NCBI GenBank assembly: GCA_030390025.1
Contig: JASTWF010000033.1
Coordinates: forward strand, 6,636,001-6,700,000
DNA length: 64,000 bases
From: Squalus acanthias
Lineage: Eukaryota
Direction of reading: 5' to 3'
Shown here: positions 12,401 through 24,934 of the stretch, piece by piece
Layout: each line of letters opens with the position of its first letter
Position numbering within the stretch: position 1 is the first letter of the stretch
Translations under genes and position numbers: made by a program
Notes under the pieces: generated by a model
The model's input: only the letters and a program-made list of their open reading frames with translations
What the model was told of the DNA's origin: nothing
Databases searched by the model: none

Positions 12401-15306
12401 AGTTTGATGACTGCGTTAGATTGAGTGGCTTTATTAGTTTGACGGGCTATATAATATATTGAGTAGCTATATTACTAAGAGGGGCTGTATTAGTTTGAGG
12501 AGGTGCATTAGTTTGAGGGGCTGTATTATTTTGAGGGGCTTTGTTAGTCTGAGGAGCTCTATTAGTTTGAGGGACTGTATTAGATTGAGGGGCTGTATTA
12601 GTTTGAAAGGCTATTTTAGTTTGAGGGGATGTATTAGTTTATGGGATTGTACTAGAATGAGCTGCTTTATTAGTTTGAGGTCATGTATTAGTTTGAGGTG
12701 CTGTATTAGTTTGAGGTACTCTATTTGTTTGAGGTGCTGTATTAGTTTGAGGGGCTGTATTAGATTTATGTGCTGTATTAGTTTGAGTGATTATATTCGA
12801 TAGAGGGGCTGTAGTTGTTTGAGGGGCTGTATTAGTTTGAGGGGCTTTGTTAATCTGAGGAGCTCTATTAGTTTGAGGGACTGTATTAGATTGAGGGGCT
12901 GTGTTAGTTTGAAAGGCTATTTTAGTTTGAGGGGATGTATTAGTTTATGGGATTGTACTAGAATGAGCTGCTTTATTAGTTTGAGGTCATGTATTAGTTT
13001 GAGGTGCTGTATTAGTTTGAGGTACTCTATTTGTTTGAGGTGCTGTATTAGTTTGAGGGGCTGTATTAGATTTATGTGCTGTATTAGTTTGAGTGATTAT
13101 ATTAGATAGAGGGGCTGTAGTTGTTTGAGGGGCTGTATTAGTTTGAGGTGCTGTTTTAGTTTGAGGGGATGTATTTTTTTGAGGGGGTTTATTAGTTTGA
13201 GGGAGTGTATTAGTTTGTGGTGCTGTATTAGTTTGAGGAACTGTATTAGATTGAGGGGTTGTGCTAGTTTGAGGGCGTTTATTAGTTTGAGGGACTCTAT
13301 CAGTTTGAGGGGCAGTGTCAGTTTGAGAAGCTGTTTTAGTTTGAGGGTGGGTGTGTTTGAGGTGCTGCATTAGTTTGAGGGGCTGTATTATTTTCAGGGG
13401 GTGTATTAGTTTAGGGAATGTTTAAGATTAAGGATCTGTTTTAGTTTGTGGGGATGTATTATTCTGAGGGACGGTATCAGTTTGTGGGTCTGTGTTAGTT
13501 TGAGAAGCTGCTTTAGTTTGACATGTGTTAGTTTGTGGTGCTTTATTAGTTTGAGGTACTGTATTAATTTGAGGGTCTGTATCAGTTTGAGTGGCTGTAT
13601 TATTTTGAGGAGCTCTATTAGTTTGAGGGACTGTATTAGTTTGAGGTGCTGTTTAATTTTATGGGGATGTATTAGTTTGAGGTACTGTATTAGATTGATG
13701 TGGTGTATTAGATTGAGTTGCTGTATTAGTTTGAGGGGTGTATTAGTTTGAGGAACTGTATTAGTATGAGGGAATGTATTAGTTTGAGGTGCTGTATTAT
13801 TTTGAGGGGTTGTATTAGTTTGAGGTACTGTATTAGATTGAGGGGCTGTATTAGTTTGAGGGGTGTATTAGTTTGAGGAACTGTATTAGTTTGAGGGGCT
13901 GTATTAGTTTGAGGGACTGTATTAGTTTGAGGAACTGTATTAGTTTGAGGGACTGTATTAGTTTGAACGTGCTGCATTATTTTGAGTGTGTTTATTAGTT
14001 TGAGGTACTGTATTAGATTGAGGGGTTGTATTAGATTGAGTGGCTTTATTAATCGAAGGGGCTTTGCAGGTTTGAGGGGCTGTATTGGTTTGAGGAGCTT
14101 AATAACTTTTTGGGGGCTTTATTACTTTTGGCGACTGTATTCATTTCAGGGTCTGTATTAGTTTGAGGATCTGTATTAGAATTTGGTGCTGTGCTGGTTT
14201 AATGGGCTGTATTGGTTTGAGGTTTTTTTTCAGTTTGAGGTACTGTATTAGTTTGAGGTACTGTATTAGCTTGAGGGGCTGTGCTGGTTTTCGGGTCTGT
14301 ATTCGTTTGCAGGGCTGCATTAGTTTGAGGAGCTGTATGAGTTTGAGGGGCTGTTTAGTTTTTGGGGCTGTATTGGTTTGAGGGGCTGGATTAGACTGAG
14401 ATACTGTATTAATTTGTGTGGCTGTATTAGTTTGAGGGGCTGTATTAGTGTGAGGTTCTGTGTTATTTTGTGGGTATGTATTATTTTGAGGGGATGTATT
14501 AGAATGAGGGACTGTATTATTTTGTGGGACGGTATCCGTTTGATGATGAGTGTTAGTTTGAGAAGCTACTTTAATTTGAAAGTGTATTAATTTGAGGGGC
14601 TGTATTAGTTTGAGGGGCTGTATTAGTTTGAGGTGCTGTATTAGTTTCAGGCTCTGTATTAGTTTGAGGTGCTGTATTAGTTTGAGGGCGGTATTAGTTT
14701 AAGGTTCTGTATTATTTTGAGGGGCTTTATTATTTTGAGGGGCTGTATTACTTTCAGAGGCTGTATCAGTTCAGGTGCTGTATTAATTTGAGGAACCTTT
14801 TCAGTTTGAGGTACTGTATTAGTTTGAGGGTCTGTATTAGTTTGAGGAGCTGTATTTGTTTGAGGAGCTGTATTAGTTTCTGGGACTGTATTAGTTTGAG
14901 GTACTGTATTAGTTTGAGGGTCTGCATTAGTTTGAGTAGCTGTATTAGATGAGGAGGTGTATTAGTTTGAGGTACTGTTTTAGTTTGAGGTACTGTATTA
15001 GTTTGAGGGTCTGTATTATTTTGAGGAGCTGTATCAGTTTGAGGGGCTGGATTATTTTTGGGGGTGTATTAGTTTTTAGGGATGTATTAGTAATGTGTAG
15101 TGTATTCGTTTGTGAGGCTGTACTCCTTTCAGGTGCTGTATCATTTTGAGGGGCTGTATTATTTTGAGGGTCTGTTTTATTTTGAGGGACTGTATTAGTT
15201 TGAGGGCTGCATTAGTTTGAGGGGCTGTATTACTTTGAAGGGCGGGATTAGTTTGAGGGGCTGGATTAGTTTGAAGGGCTGTATTAGTTTGAGGCGCTGT
15301 ATTACT

Positions 15307-18300
15307 TTGAGGGGCTGTATTAGTTTGAGGGGCTGTATTAGTTTGAGGGGCTGTATTAGTTTGAGGAGCTGTTTTAATTTGAGGAGCTGTATTAGTTTGA
15401 GGGGCTGTATTAGTTTGAGGGGCTGTATTAGTTTGAGGGGCTGTATTAGATTGAGGGTCTGTATTATTTTGAGGATCTGTATCAGTTTGAGGGGCTGGAT
15501 TATTTTTGGGGATGTATTAGTTTGAGGGGCTGTATTAGTTTGAGGGGCTGTATTAGTTTGAACTGCTGTATTAGGTTGAGGGGTTGGATTAGTTTGAGGG
15601 GCTGTGTTAGTTTGAGGGGCTGTATTAGTAAGCGGTACTGTATTAGTTTGAGGGGCTGTATTAGTTTGAGAAGCTGTATTAGTTTGAGGAGCTGTATTAG
15701 TTTGAGGGGCTTTATTAGTTTGAGGGGCTGTTTTAGTTTGAGGGGTTGTATTATTTTGAGGGGCTGTATTAGTTTGAGGGACTGTATTATTTTCAGGGGC
15801 TGTGTTTGTTTGAGGGTTTGTATTAGTTTGAGAGTTTTTATTAGTTTGGGGGGCTGTCATATTTTGAGGGACTGTATTCGATTGACGGGCTGTACTAGTT
15901 TGAGGTGCTGTATTAATTTGAGGTGTTTTATTAGTTTCTGGGGCTCTATTAGTTTGAGAATATCCATTAGTTTCAAGGGCTGTGTTAGTTTCTGGTTCTC
16001 TATTAGTATGAGAGGCAGTGCTGCTTTGAGGGGCGTTTCTGGAGGGGCTGCATTAGTTTGAGCTCTGTATTAGTTTGAGAGGCTGCTTTATTTTGAGTGG
16101 ATGTATTAGTTTGTCGTGCTGTGTTAGATTTTGTTGCTCTCTTAGATTAAGGAGCTGTGGTTGTTTGAGTGCCTATATTACTTTGAGGGACTCTGTTAGT
16201 TTGAGAGGCTGTGTTAGATTAAGGTGCTCTAATAGTTTTTGGCTCTGTATTGGTTTGAGGAGCTTTAGCAGTTGGAGGGCCCGTGCAGGTTGGAGGGGCT
16301 GTTTTGGTTTGAGGGACTTAATTCGTTTCATGGGCTGTATTAGTTTGAGGAACTGTATTAGTTTCAGGGGCTGTATTAGTTTGAGGAGCTGAATTACTTT
16401 GTGGGGCTGTGTTGGTTTGATGGGCTGTGTTGGTTTCAGGGGTTGTATTAGTTTGAGGGGCTGTATTAGTTTGATGTATTGCATTAGTTTGATGGGCTGT
16501 GCTGGTTTGAGGGCTGTATTGGTTTGAGGTTCTGTGTTAGGTTTTGGTGCTCTTGTAGTTGGACGGGCTGTTTTAATTTGAGAGATATTTTAGCTTGAGA
16601 TTCTGTATTAGTTTAAGTTGGTGTATTAGTTTTAGGGGCTTTATTACTTTGAGAGGATGTGTTATTTTCAGAGGCTGTATTATTTTGACGGTGTGTATTA
16701 GTTTGAGGGGCTGTATTAGTTTGAGGTGCTGTATTAGTTTGAGGGTCTGTATTAGTTTAAGGGGCTGTATTAGTTTGAGGAGCTTTATTAGTTTGAGGGG
16801 CTGTATTAGTTTGAGGAGCTTTATTAGTTTGAGGGGCTGTATTAGTTTGAGGGGCTGTATTAGTTTGAGGGTCTGTATTAGTTTGAGGAACTTTATTAGT
16901 TTGAGGAGCTTTATTAGTTTGAGGGGCTGTATTAGTTTGAGGGGCTGTATTAGTTTGAGGGGCTGTATTAGTTTGAGGGGCTGTATTAGTTTGAGGGGCT
17001 GTATTAGTTTGAGGAGCTGTTTTAATTTGAGGAGCTGTATTAGTTTGAGGGGCTGTATTAGTTTGAGGGGCTGTATTAGTTTGAGGGGCTGTATTAGATT
17101 GAGGGTCTGTATTATTTTGAGGATCTGTATCAGTTTGAGGGGCTGGATTATTTTTGGGGATGTATTAGTTTGAGGGGCTGTATTAGTTTGAGGGGCTGTA
17201 TTAGTTTGAACTGCTGTATTAGGTTGAGGGGTTGGATTAGTTTGAGGGGCTGTGTTAGTTTGAGGGGCTGTATTAGTAAGCGGTACTGTATTAGTTTGAG
17301 GGGCTGTATTAGTTTGAGAAGCTGTATTAGTTTGAGGAGCTGTATTAGTTTGAGGGGCTTTATTAGTTTGAGGGGCTGTTTTAGTTTGAGGGGTTGTATT
17401 ATTTTGAGGGGCTGTATTAGTTTGAGGGACTGTATTATTTTCAGGGGCTGTGTTTGTTTGAGGGTTTGTATTAGTTTGAGAGTTTTTATTAGTTTGGGGG
17501 GCTGTCATATTTTGAGGGACTGTATTCGATTGACGGGCTGTACTAGTTTGAGGTGCTGTATTAATTTGAGGTGTTTTATTAGTTTCTGGGGCTCTATTAG
17601 TTTGAGAATATCCATTAGTTTCAAGGGCTGTGTTAGTTTCTGGTTCTCTATTAGTATGAGAGGCAGTGCTGCTTTGAGGGGCGTTTCTGGAGGGGCTGCA
17701 TTAGTTTGAGCTCTGTATTAGTTTGAGAGGCTGCTTTATTTTGAGTGGATGTATTAGTTTGTCGTGCTGTGTTAGATTTTGTTGCTCTCTTAGATTAAGG
17801 AGCTGTGGTTGTTTGAGTGCCTATATTACTTTGAGGGACTCTGTTAGTTTGAGAGGCTGTGTTAGATTAAGGTGCTCTAATAGTTTTTGGCTCTGTATTG
17901 GTTTGAGGAGCTTTAGCAGTTGGAGGGCCCGTGCAGGTTGGAGGGGCTGTTTTGGTTTGAGGGACTTAATTCGTTTCATGGGCTGTATTAGTTTGAGGAA
18001 CTGTATTAGTTTCAGGGGCTGTATTAGTTTGAGGAGCTGAATTACTTTGTGGGGCTGTGTTGGTTTGATGGGCTGTGTTGGTTTCAGGGGTTGTATTAGT
18101 TTGAGGGGCTGTATTAGTTTGATGTATTGCATTAGTTTGATGGGCTGTGCTGGTTTGAGGGCTGTATTGGTTTGAGGTTCTGTGTTAGGTTTTGGTGCTC
18201 TTGTAGTTGGACGGGCTGTTTTAATTTGAGAGATATTTTAGCTTGAGATTCTGTATTAGTTTAAGTTGGTGTATTAGTTTTAGGGGCTTTATTACTTTGA

Positions 18301-18608
18301 GAGGATGTGTTATTTTCAGAGGCTGTATTATTTTGACGGTGTGTATTAGTTTGAGGGGCTGTATTAGTTTGAGGTGCTGTATTAGTTTGAGGGTCTGTAT
18401 TAGTTTAAGGGGCTGTATTAGTTTGAGGAGCTTTATTAGTTTGAGGGGCTGTATTAGTTTGAGGAGCTTTATTAGTTTGAGGGGCTGTATTAGTTTGAGG
18501 GGCTGTATTAGTTTGAGGGTCTGTATTAGTTTGAGGAACTTTATTAGTTTGAGGAGCTTTATTAGTTTGAGGGGCTGTATTAGTTTGAGGGGCTGTATTA
18601 GTTTGAGG
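15307..18608 (+). repeat. Near-identical 1648-bp tandem duplication inside satellite A (boundaries approximate)
   Basis: ORF-track translations recur at a constant 1648-bp offset: 15522/17170, 16075/17723, 16173/17821 and 16595/18243. Confidence 0.9.
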
Positions 18609-19639
18609 GGCTGTATTAGTTTGAGGGTCTGCATTAGTTTGAGGGGCTGTATTAGTTTGAGGGATTGTATTAGTTTGATGTGCTGTATTAGTTGGAGGGG
18701 CTGTATTAGTTTGAGGGGCTGTATTAGTTTGAGGTGCTGTGTTAGTTTGACGAACTGTATTAATTTTAGGGGCTGTATTAGATTAAGGGGCTGTATTACA
18801 TTGAGGGCTCTATTAGTTTGAGGGGTTGTTTTAGTTTTGAGTGTGCTGTATTAGTTTAAGGAGATTTATCAGTTTGAAGTGCAGTATCAATTTGAGGGGC
18901 TCTATTGGTTTGATGGGCTTTTTTAGCTTGAGGTGCTGTATTAATTTGATGTGCTTTATTAATTTGAGGGTCTGTATTACTTTTTGGAGTTGTACTCATT
19001 TGAGTTGCTTTATTAGTTTGATGGGCTGTATTAGTTTCAGGGGCTTTTTCAATTTGAGAGGCTCCATTAGTTAGTGGTGCTGTATTAGATTGAGGAGCTG
19101 CATTAGTTTGAGTGGCTGTATTAGTTTGAGGGGCTGTATTAGTTTGAGGTACTGTATTAGTTTAAGGGGCAGTATTAGTTTGAGGGGCTGTATTAATTTG
19201 AGGGGCTGCATTAGTTTAAGGGACTGTATTAGTTTGAGGGGCTGTATTAGTAAGAGGATCCATCGACACAAATTCCCCACTTTAATTGTTTAATTAATTG
19301 GCCACAGTTAAGGAGGCCAACCCCATCCCCGAGAGTAGCATAGCAGCCCTGAGAGGACACTCTAACATTTGGAATTTAATTTCTGAATGACCACCGCAGA
19401 GTGATGGACATCACCGAAACAGTATGAGGTCTAGAGATGGGTCTGGTGGTGTTTGCAACAACAACCCCTTTGCTGGGAGAATACAGCTGGCAATTTTCAA
19501 TAGTTAATTCCTCAGAATTCACCGGTCTTTGGAGTTTTCAATTTCAATCTCAGCATTGAATATATTCTATCACAACAGGGAATTAAATCCACTGTCGTAA
19601 TCTATTCGTTCAAATATGTTTTTTAATCTATTGTGAACG

Positions 19640-19701
19640 ATGTTGCAACCTTCGTGTGAAGAAAATATGCTACGTGATCATTGCCGTCATTGGTGTTCCT
19701 G
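19640..19701 (+). pseudogene. Exon 1 of a GPR139-like GPCR (N-terminus and first half of TM1); apparent frameshift after the ATG
   Basis: The frame ending at the donor CCTG|GTAAGT (GT at 19702) reads VKKICYVIIAVIGVP and joins exon 2 in phase 1 (G|TG AAT = V-N). The ATG at 19640 is 62 nt from the donor (3n+2), so it is out of frame. No in-frame ATG exists before an upstream TAA. Confidence 0.75.
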
Positions 19702-20014
19702 GTAAGTGATTAAAACCATTGAAGTTGTGTAAATCAGTGTGTGAGCTGGCCTCTGGTTTTGCTCTGTGACTGATAATGTTACATCCTGACCTGGTGGTCA
19801 CCGTTATTAAGGCCCCCGATCAGTGATCCTGAATTACCTCTGCGGTTTTATTCCATTGCATCAACTGAAAGTAAAACCCTGTTTATAACTCACAGGTTCA
19901 CTGAGTGATGAAGATATTGCCTTTAGTGGTATACTGTGTACTGTTGAATCAGTCCTTAGTGTAAGCAACTCTCTGAGAAAAGGTATTAGTGGAAGGGACA
20001 GTCACTATAGAACT

Positions 20015-21866
20015 CTCGCTTCTCTTAGGCAGTCCCTCGGAACCGAGGATGATTTGCTTCCACGTTAAAATTGAGTTCGCAGTTGACTGATGAGTCCAAT
20101 GCGGGACCTCCAGTCTCTGCCAGAGGTGGGGCAGAAGCTGGTTGAAGGGGCAGAAGGGTGGTGTGCTTGGGTTGACGTGCGCTCCTTGTGCTGCCTGCGC
20201 TTGGCTTCCGCTTGTTCCCGGCGAAGAGTCTCGAGGTGTTCGGCGCCTACCCAGATGCTTCTCCTCCACTTTGTGCGGTCTTGGGCTAGGGATTCCCAGA
20301 TGACGGTGGGGATGTTACCCTTTTTCAAGCAGGCTTTGAGGGTGTCCTTGAAGCGTTTCCTCTGCCCACCTGGGGCTCTCTTGCCGTGCCAAAGCTCCGA
20401 GTAGAGCGCTTGATTTGGGAGTCTCGGAAAGGGCATGCGAACAATGTGACCCGTCCATCGGAGCTGAGCGTGCGTGGTCAAAGCTTCGATGCTGGGGATG
20501 TTGTCCTGAGCGAGAAAACTGACGTTGGTGCGTCTATCCTGCCAATGGATTTGCAGGATCTTGCGGAAGCAGCGTTGGTTGTACTTCTGCAGAGCTTTGA
20601 GGTGCCTGCTGTACATGGTCCATGTCTCTGAGGCATACGGCAAGGCGGGTATCACTGCTGCTCTGTAGACCATGAGCTTAGTGCCAGGCTTGAGGTCCTG
20701 ATCTTCAAACACTCTCTTCCTCAGGCGACCGAAGGTGTCAATCGCACACTGAAGGCGGTGTTGGACTTCGTCGTCGACGTCTGCCCTTGTTGACAGTAGG
20801 CTCCCGAAGTACGATAAGTGGTCCACGTTGTCCAAGGCCTTGTCGTGGATTTTGATATTCGGAGGCAGTACTGTGTGGCGGGGGCAGGTTGGTGGAGGAC
20901 CTTAGTCTTCCGGATGTTTAGTGTAAGGTCCATGCTCTCTTACGCTTCGGTGAAGGTGTTGACGATGGTTTGGAGTTCGACCTCCGAGTGAGCGCAGACG
21001 CAAGCGTCGTCTGCATACTGTAATTCGACGACAGAGGATGGGACGACCTTGGATCTGGACTGGAGGCGACGGAGTTTGAACAGTTTCCCGTTTCTTCTGT
21101 AAATTAGCTCCACTCCAGCGGGGAGTTTACTGAGGGTGAGATGGAGCATTGCAGCAATGAAGATCGAGAAGAGCGATGGTGCGATGACACAGCCTTGCTT
21201 GACCCAGGTTCGTACGTGAATTGGGTCTGTGGTGGAACCGTTGGTCAGGATCACGGCTTGCATGTCGTTGTGAAGCAGGCGGAGGATGGTCACCAACTTT
21301 TGAGGGCAGCCGAATTTGCGGAGGACACTCCATATTCCCTCATGTTTGACAGTGTCGAAGGCCTTTGTGAGATCAAAGCAGGCCATGTACAGCGGTTGGT
21401 GCTGTTCAATGCATTTCTCTTGTAATTGACGTGCAGTGAAGATCATGTCCATTGTGCCCCTTAGTGGGTGGAATCCGCATTGCGTCTCTGGGAGGAGCTC
21501 TTCGGCCACTGCGAGAAGGCGATTGAGGAGGATTCTTGCGATGACTTCCCCTGTGGCAGTCAGCAGGGAAACTCCTCTTAATTACCGCAATCGGACTTTT
21601 CACCTTTCTTGAAGATGTTCACAATTACGGCATCTCTGAGATCACCTGGCATGCTCTCCTCCTTCCATCTCAGAGAAATTAGTTTATGAATTCATGCTAG
21701 TAGTGCTTCTCCGCCAAGCTTTAGTGCCTCGGCGGGGATTTCATCTGCTCCGGAGGCCTTGTTGTTCTCCAGTTGTCGGATGGCCTTTTCAACCTCATGC
21801 CGGGCTGGGGTTCTGCTGAAATGGTGGCGGGTAGCATGCTGCGGAATGGAGTTGAGGACACTCGCG
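20015..21866 (-). mobile_element. RTE-clade LINE (RTE-1/BovB-like), 5'-truncated, in the GPCR intron
   Basis: Minus-strand ORFs with LLPETQCGF, DMIFTARQLQEKC, DLTKAFD, KQGCVIAP, LQYADD, LRWTGHIVRM and GGQRKRFKD. Flanked by a 7-bp direct repeat TAGAACT at 20008-20014 and 21867-21873. Confidence 0.93.
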
Positions 21867-22240
21867 TAGAACTACTGAGTGTGGGTCACTAACCGGAATG
21901 GAACACCTGACACCAGTGGCCATGTATTACTTGGAGTATCTGTCACTGTAGAACAGTACTGATCGTGGGTCACTAAGCGGAGTGGAACACCTGACCCAGT
22001 GGCCATGTATTACTGGGATTATCTGTCATTATATAATTGTACTTAATGTGGGTCACTAACCGGAGTAGAACACCTGACCCCAGAGGCCATGTATTACTGG
22101 GAGTATCTGTCACTATAGAATTGTACGTAGTGTGGGTCACTAACCGGAGCAGAACATCTGACCCCAGTGGACATGTACTACTGGGAGTTTCGGTCACTGT
22201 AGAACTGTACTGAGTGTGGGTCACTAACCGGATTGGAACA
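21867..22240. repeat. 84-bp minisatellite, ~4.4 copies, intronic
   Basis: GTGGGTCACTAA recurs at 21881, 21965, 22048, 22132 and 22216. Confidence 0.92.
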
Positions 22241-22999
22241 ATTTGTTTCTACTTTGGAATCATTTTTTCAGGTAACTGATCTCTCCCCTCCATGTAGATG
22301 TGTTCGTGTTTTACGAATGTAATCGATGGCAAAGGGGAATGTTCCTGATGGTCGTTGAAGATGTTTATGGATACGTGTATAAAATGAAATTGATAATGCT
22401 CTGTGTCCTATTGAACTGCAACAACAGAAACATATGATAACTAATTACTGACAGGTAAACAGCAGGACAGCAGTGTTACATTAATCAAATCCTCTGTATA
22501 ATGACAATTTTATTACTATAAGTATAGTTACTGTAAACACTTTAATTCTTTTGTTGCTGATTAATCCCCTTCCTCCAACACGGTCCTGAGAATCTGAGGA
22601 TCATGATTGCTGAATTTCATTATGTTACTATTAGACAGGATGAATGTTGGGCTGTGGTTATTAATTATTCCACTGATGTAACTGATTAACTTTTGCCGAA
22701 ACCAGTTCTTATCTATAATTCAGATTCTCTACAAAAGTAACCTGCACCGATCTCTGGCCTTAGCTCAGTGAGTTGAGTCCCTGCGAGGAGCGACACGTAC
22801 AACTGAAGAACATGCATATTAGGTTTCCATAATACAGAGATCAGTCCCAGGGGCAGTAAATAATAGCATTAAAAAATTGATAACAATATAATATATAGGG
22901 CAATGCTTCATAAATAAAATACTTCAATATCTGCAATGTTATGAACGAACTGATGACAATGATTAATTTGTAATCAAGTTACGGAGAACTCCATCTAAT

Positions 23000-23600
23000 T
23001 TACAACGCAAAACAGTCTATTCGGCCCCACTAGTTTATGCTAGTGTTTATGCTCCACACGAGCCTCATCCACCCATCTACATCTCACCCTATCAACATAA
23101 CCATCTGCTGCTTTCTACCTCGTGTACTTCTCTCGCTTGCTCTTAAATGCATCTCTGCTATTCGTCTCAAGTACTGCAAGTTGTAGCGAGTTCCACTTTC
23201 TAACAATTCTTTGAGTAAAGAAATGTATCCTGAATTCCTTATTGTATTTATTAGTGACTATCTCCAGTTTCGGACTCATGTCACATCACTAAATCTTCAT
23301 AATTTAAAGGCTTCTATTATATCATCCCTCAGCCTTCTCTTTTCTAAAGAAAAGAGCCCCAGCCTGTTCAATCTTTCCTGATGTTTATAATCTTTCAATT
23401 CTGGTATAATTCTTGGAAACAATTTTTGTCTTCGCCTGTGCCTTTATGTAATATGGAGACCAGAACTGTACACAGTAAGCTAATTGTGGTATAACTAAGG
23501 TTCTATCTACATTTAAGATAAGCTCTTTGCTTTTAGATTATTTTCCTTTAGAAATGAACGCCAGTGCTTTGTTTGCATGTTTATGTCCTTGTTAACATGC
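23000..23600 (-). mobile_element. Old CR1 3' fragment
   Basis: The reverse complement resembles the end of CR1 ORF2 and its 3' UTR, like the copies at 44676-45525 and 54300-54600. Heavily decayed. Confidence 0.65.
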
Positions 23601-23684
23601 GTTGCTACCCTTACTGTCTGGGCTCAGATACGGAGAATGTGTGATCAGTAATTTCCAGTCTCTTTTCCCTTCTGTGTTTTACAG

Positions 23685-24670
23685 TGAATTTGCTGGCGAT
23701 TGTGATCCTCTCCCGGGGAAAGTGCGGGCTCTCCACCTGCACCACTCGCTACCTGGTGGGCATGGCAGCGGCGGATCTACTGTGCATTGTCACTCAGGTC
23801 ATACTGAACCAGATCAATTGGCATTATTTCCCAGTGTGTTTCCTGGACATCACCCCTGTGTGTAGTGTTATCCTTGTCCTGGCCAGTGCAGCCACAGACT
23901 GTTCTGCCTGGTTCACCGTCACTTTCACCTTTGATCGGTTTGTGGCCATTTGTTGCCAGAAGCTGAAAACTAAATATTGCACCGAGAAAACTGCGGCTGT
24001 GGTTCTGGCAACAACCGGCATTCTGCTCTGTTCAAAAAACATTCCCTACTACTTCGCAAATCAACCCAGGGTGGTAATCGACAATGTGCCATGGTTCTGT
24101 AGAACAATCCCAGGCTATTATACTGAGCCCGGGTGGGTCGGATTAGATTGGTTTGATATGGCTTTAAATCCATTGCTGCCATTCGCTTTAATACTGTTGC
24201 TCAACGCTCTGACAGTCAGACACATTTTAGTGGCCAGTCGGGTCCTTAATGGACTGAGGGTTGAGAGCAAGGGAGGGAATGGCAGAGACCCAGAGATGGA
24301 GAGCAGAAGGAAATCTGTGATTTTACTCTTCACCATATCCGCCAGCTTCATACTGCTGTGGCTGGTATCTGTTATATGTTTTCTATATTATATCATTACA
24401 GGAACAAATCCCAATTATTACAATGATTCTTTTTATCTCTTTCAACAAGTCGGACATATGCTGCAGGATTTAAGTTGCTGCACAAACACATTTATTTATG
24501 GGGTGACCCAGTCCAAGTTCAGAGAGCAGTTGAAGAGGTTGATGAAATATCCGTTTACCTCAATTATTCAATTCATTAATAATCAGAAACAACTGAGCGC
24601 AGCCCAGAGGCGGCTCCCAGTGTTTCCAGTCCAGGAATCTAATATTCAGCCTCAGAACGCCATCCACTGA
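23685..24670 (+). CDS. Exon 2 of a rhodopsin-class GPCR of the GPR139/GPR142-like family expanded in cartilaginous fishes (end of TM1 to C-terminus)
   Basis: Polypyrimidine tract and ACAG acceptor (AG at 23683-23684) followed by an uninterrupted ~328-codon frame. It has NLLAIVILSR (TM1), MAAADLL (TM2), TFDRFVAIC (DRY-equivalent), LPFALILLLNAL (TM5), RRKSVILL (TM6) and CCTNTFIY (TM7). A family member, not demonstrably the GPR139 orthologue. Confidence 0.93.
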
Positions 24671-24934
24671 ATTACGCCAGGAATCGCTGGAGATCTGAAG
24701 ATACAGACAGCGGCGGGGCGAGCACTGTGTTTAGGACTCGGCACTGTTTCTCACTGACATTTCCCACATTGTCTTTCGGGACAGGACCACTAGTTTGTTG
24801 CATTCCGTCTGAGCTCTTCTGTAAAGAGTCCCTTCAGCGATTGAGGGCAGCAATTCATTCGCAGCTTCCAGATTAAGAGCCTGGTCAGTAGGTGGGCAGA
24901 CAGAGCTGAGCTGCAGTTCAGGGGATTATATTAC

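Larger units (their letters stand above)
1..19251 (+). repeat. Satellite A: 18-bp tandem array, consensus TTTGAGGGGCTGTATTAG; runs off the window start and is interrupted by a CR1 at ~6613-9420
   Basis: The monomer is directly visible and gives the 6-aa LRGCIS periodicity in the ORF track. It is homogeneous at 1-5400, more diverged after that, and ends abruptly at ...gctgtattagt 19251. Confidence 0.98.

Noticed and set aside
107..19293. Many Cys/Arg-rich (LRGCIS)n and Thr/Gln-rich (QTNTAP)n ORFs resembling keratin-associated, mucin or antifreeze proteins
   Set aside because: An 18-bp monomer leaves some frames stop-free. Frames break at 1-nt indels, and there are no splice signals or non-repetitive domains.
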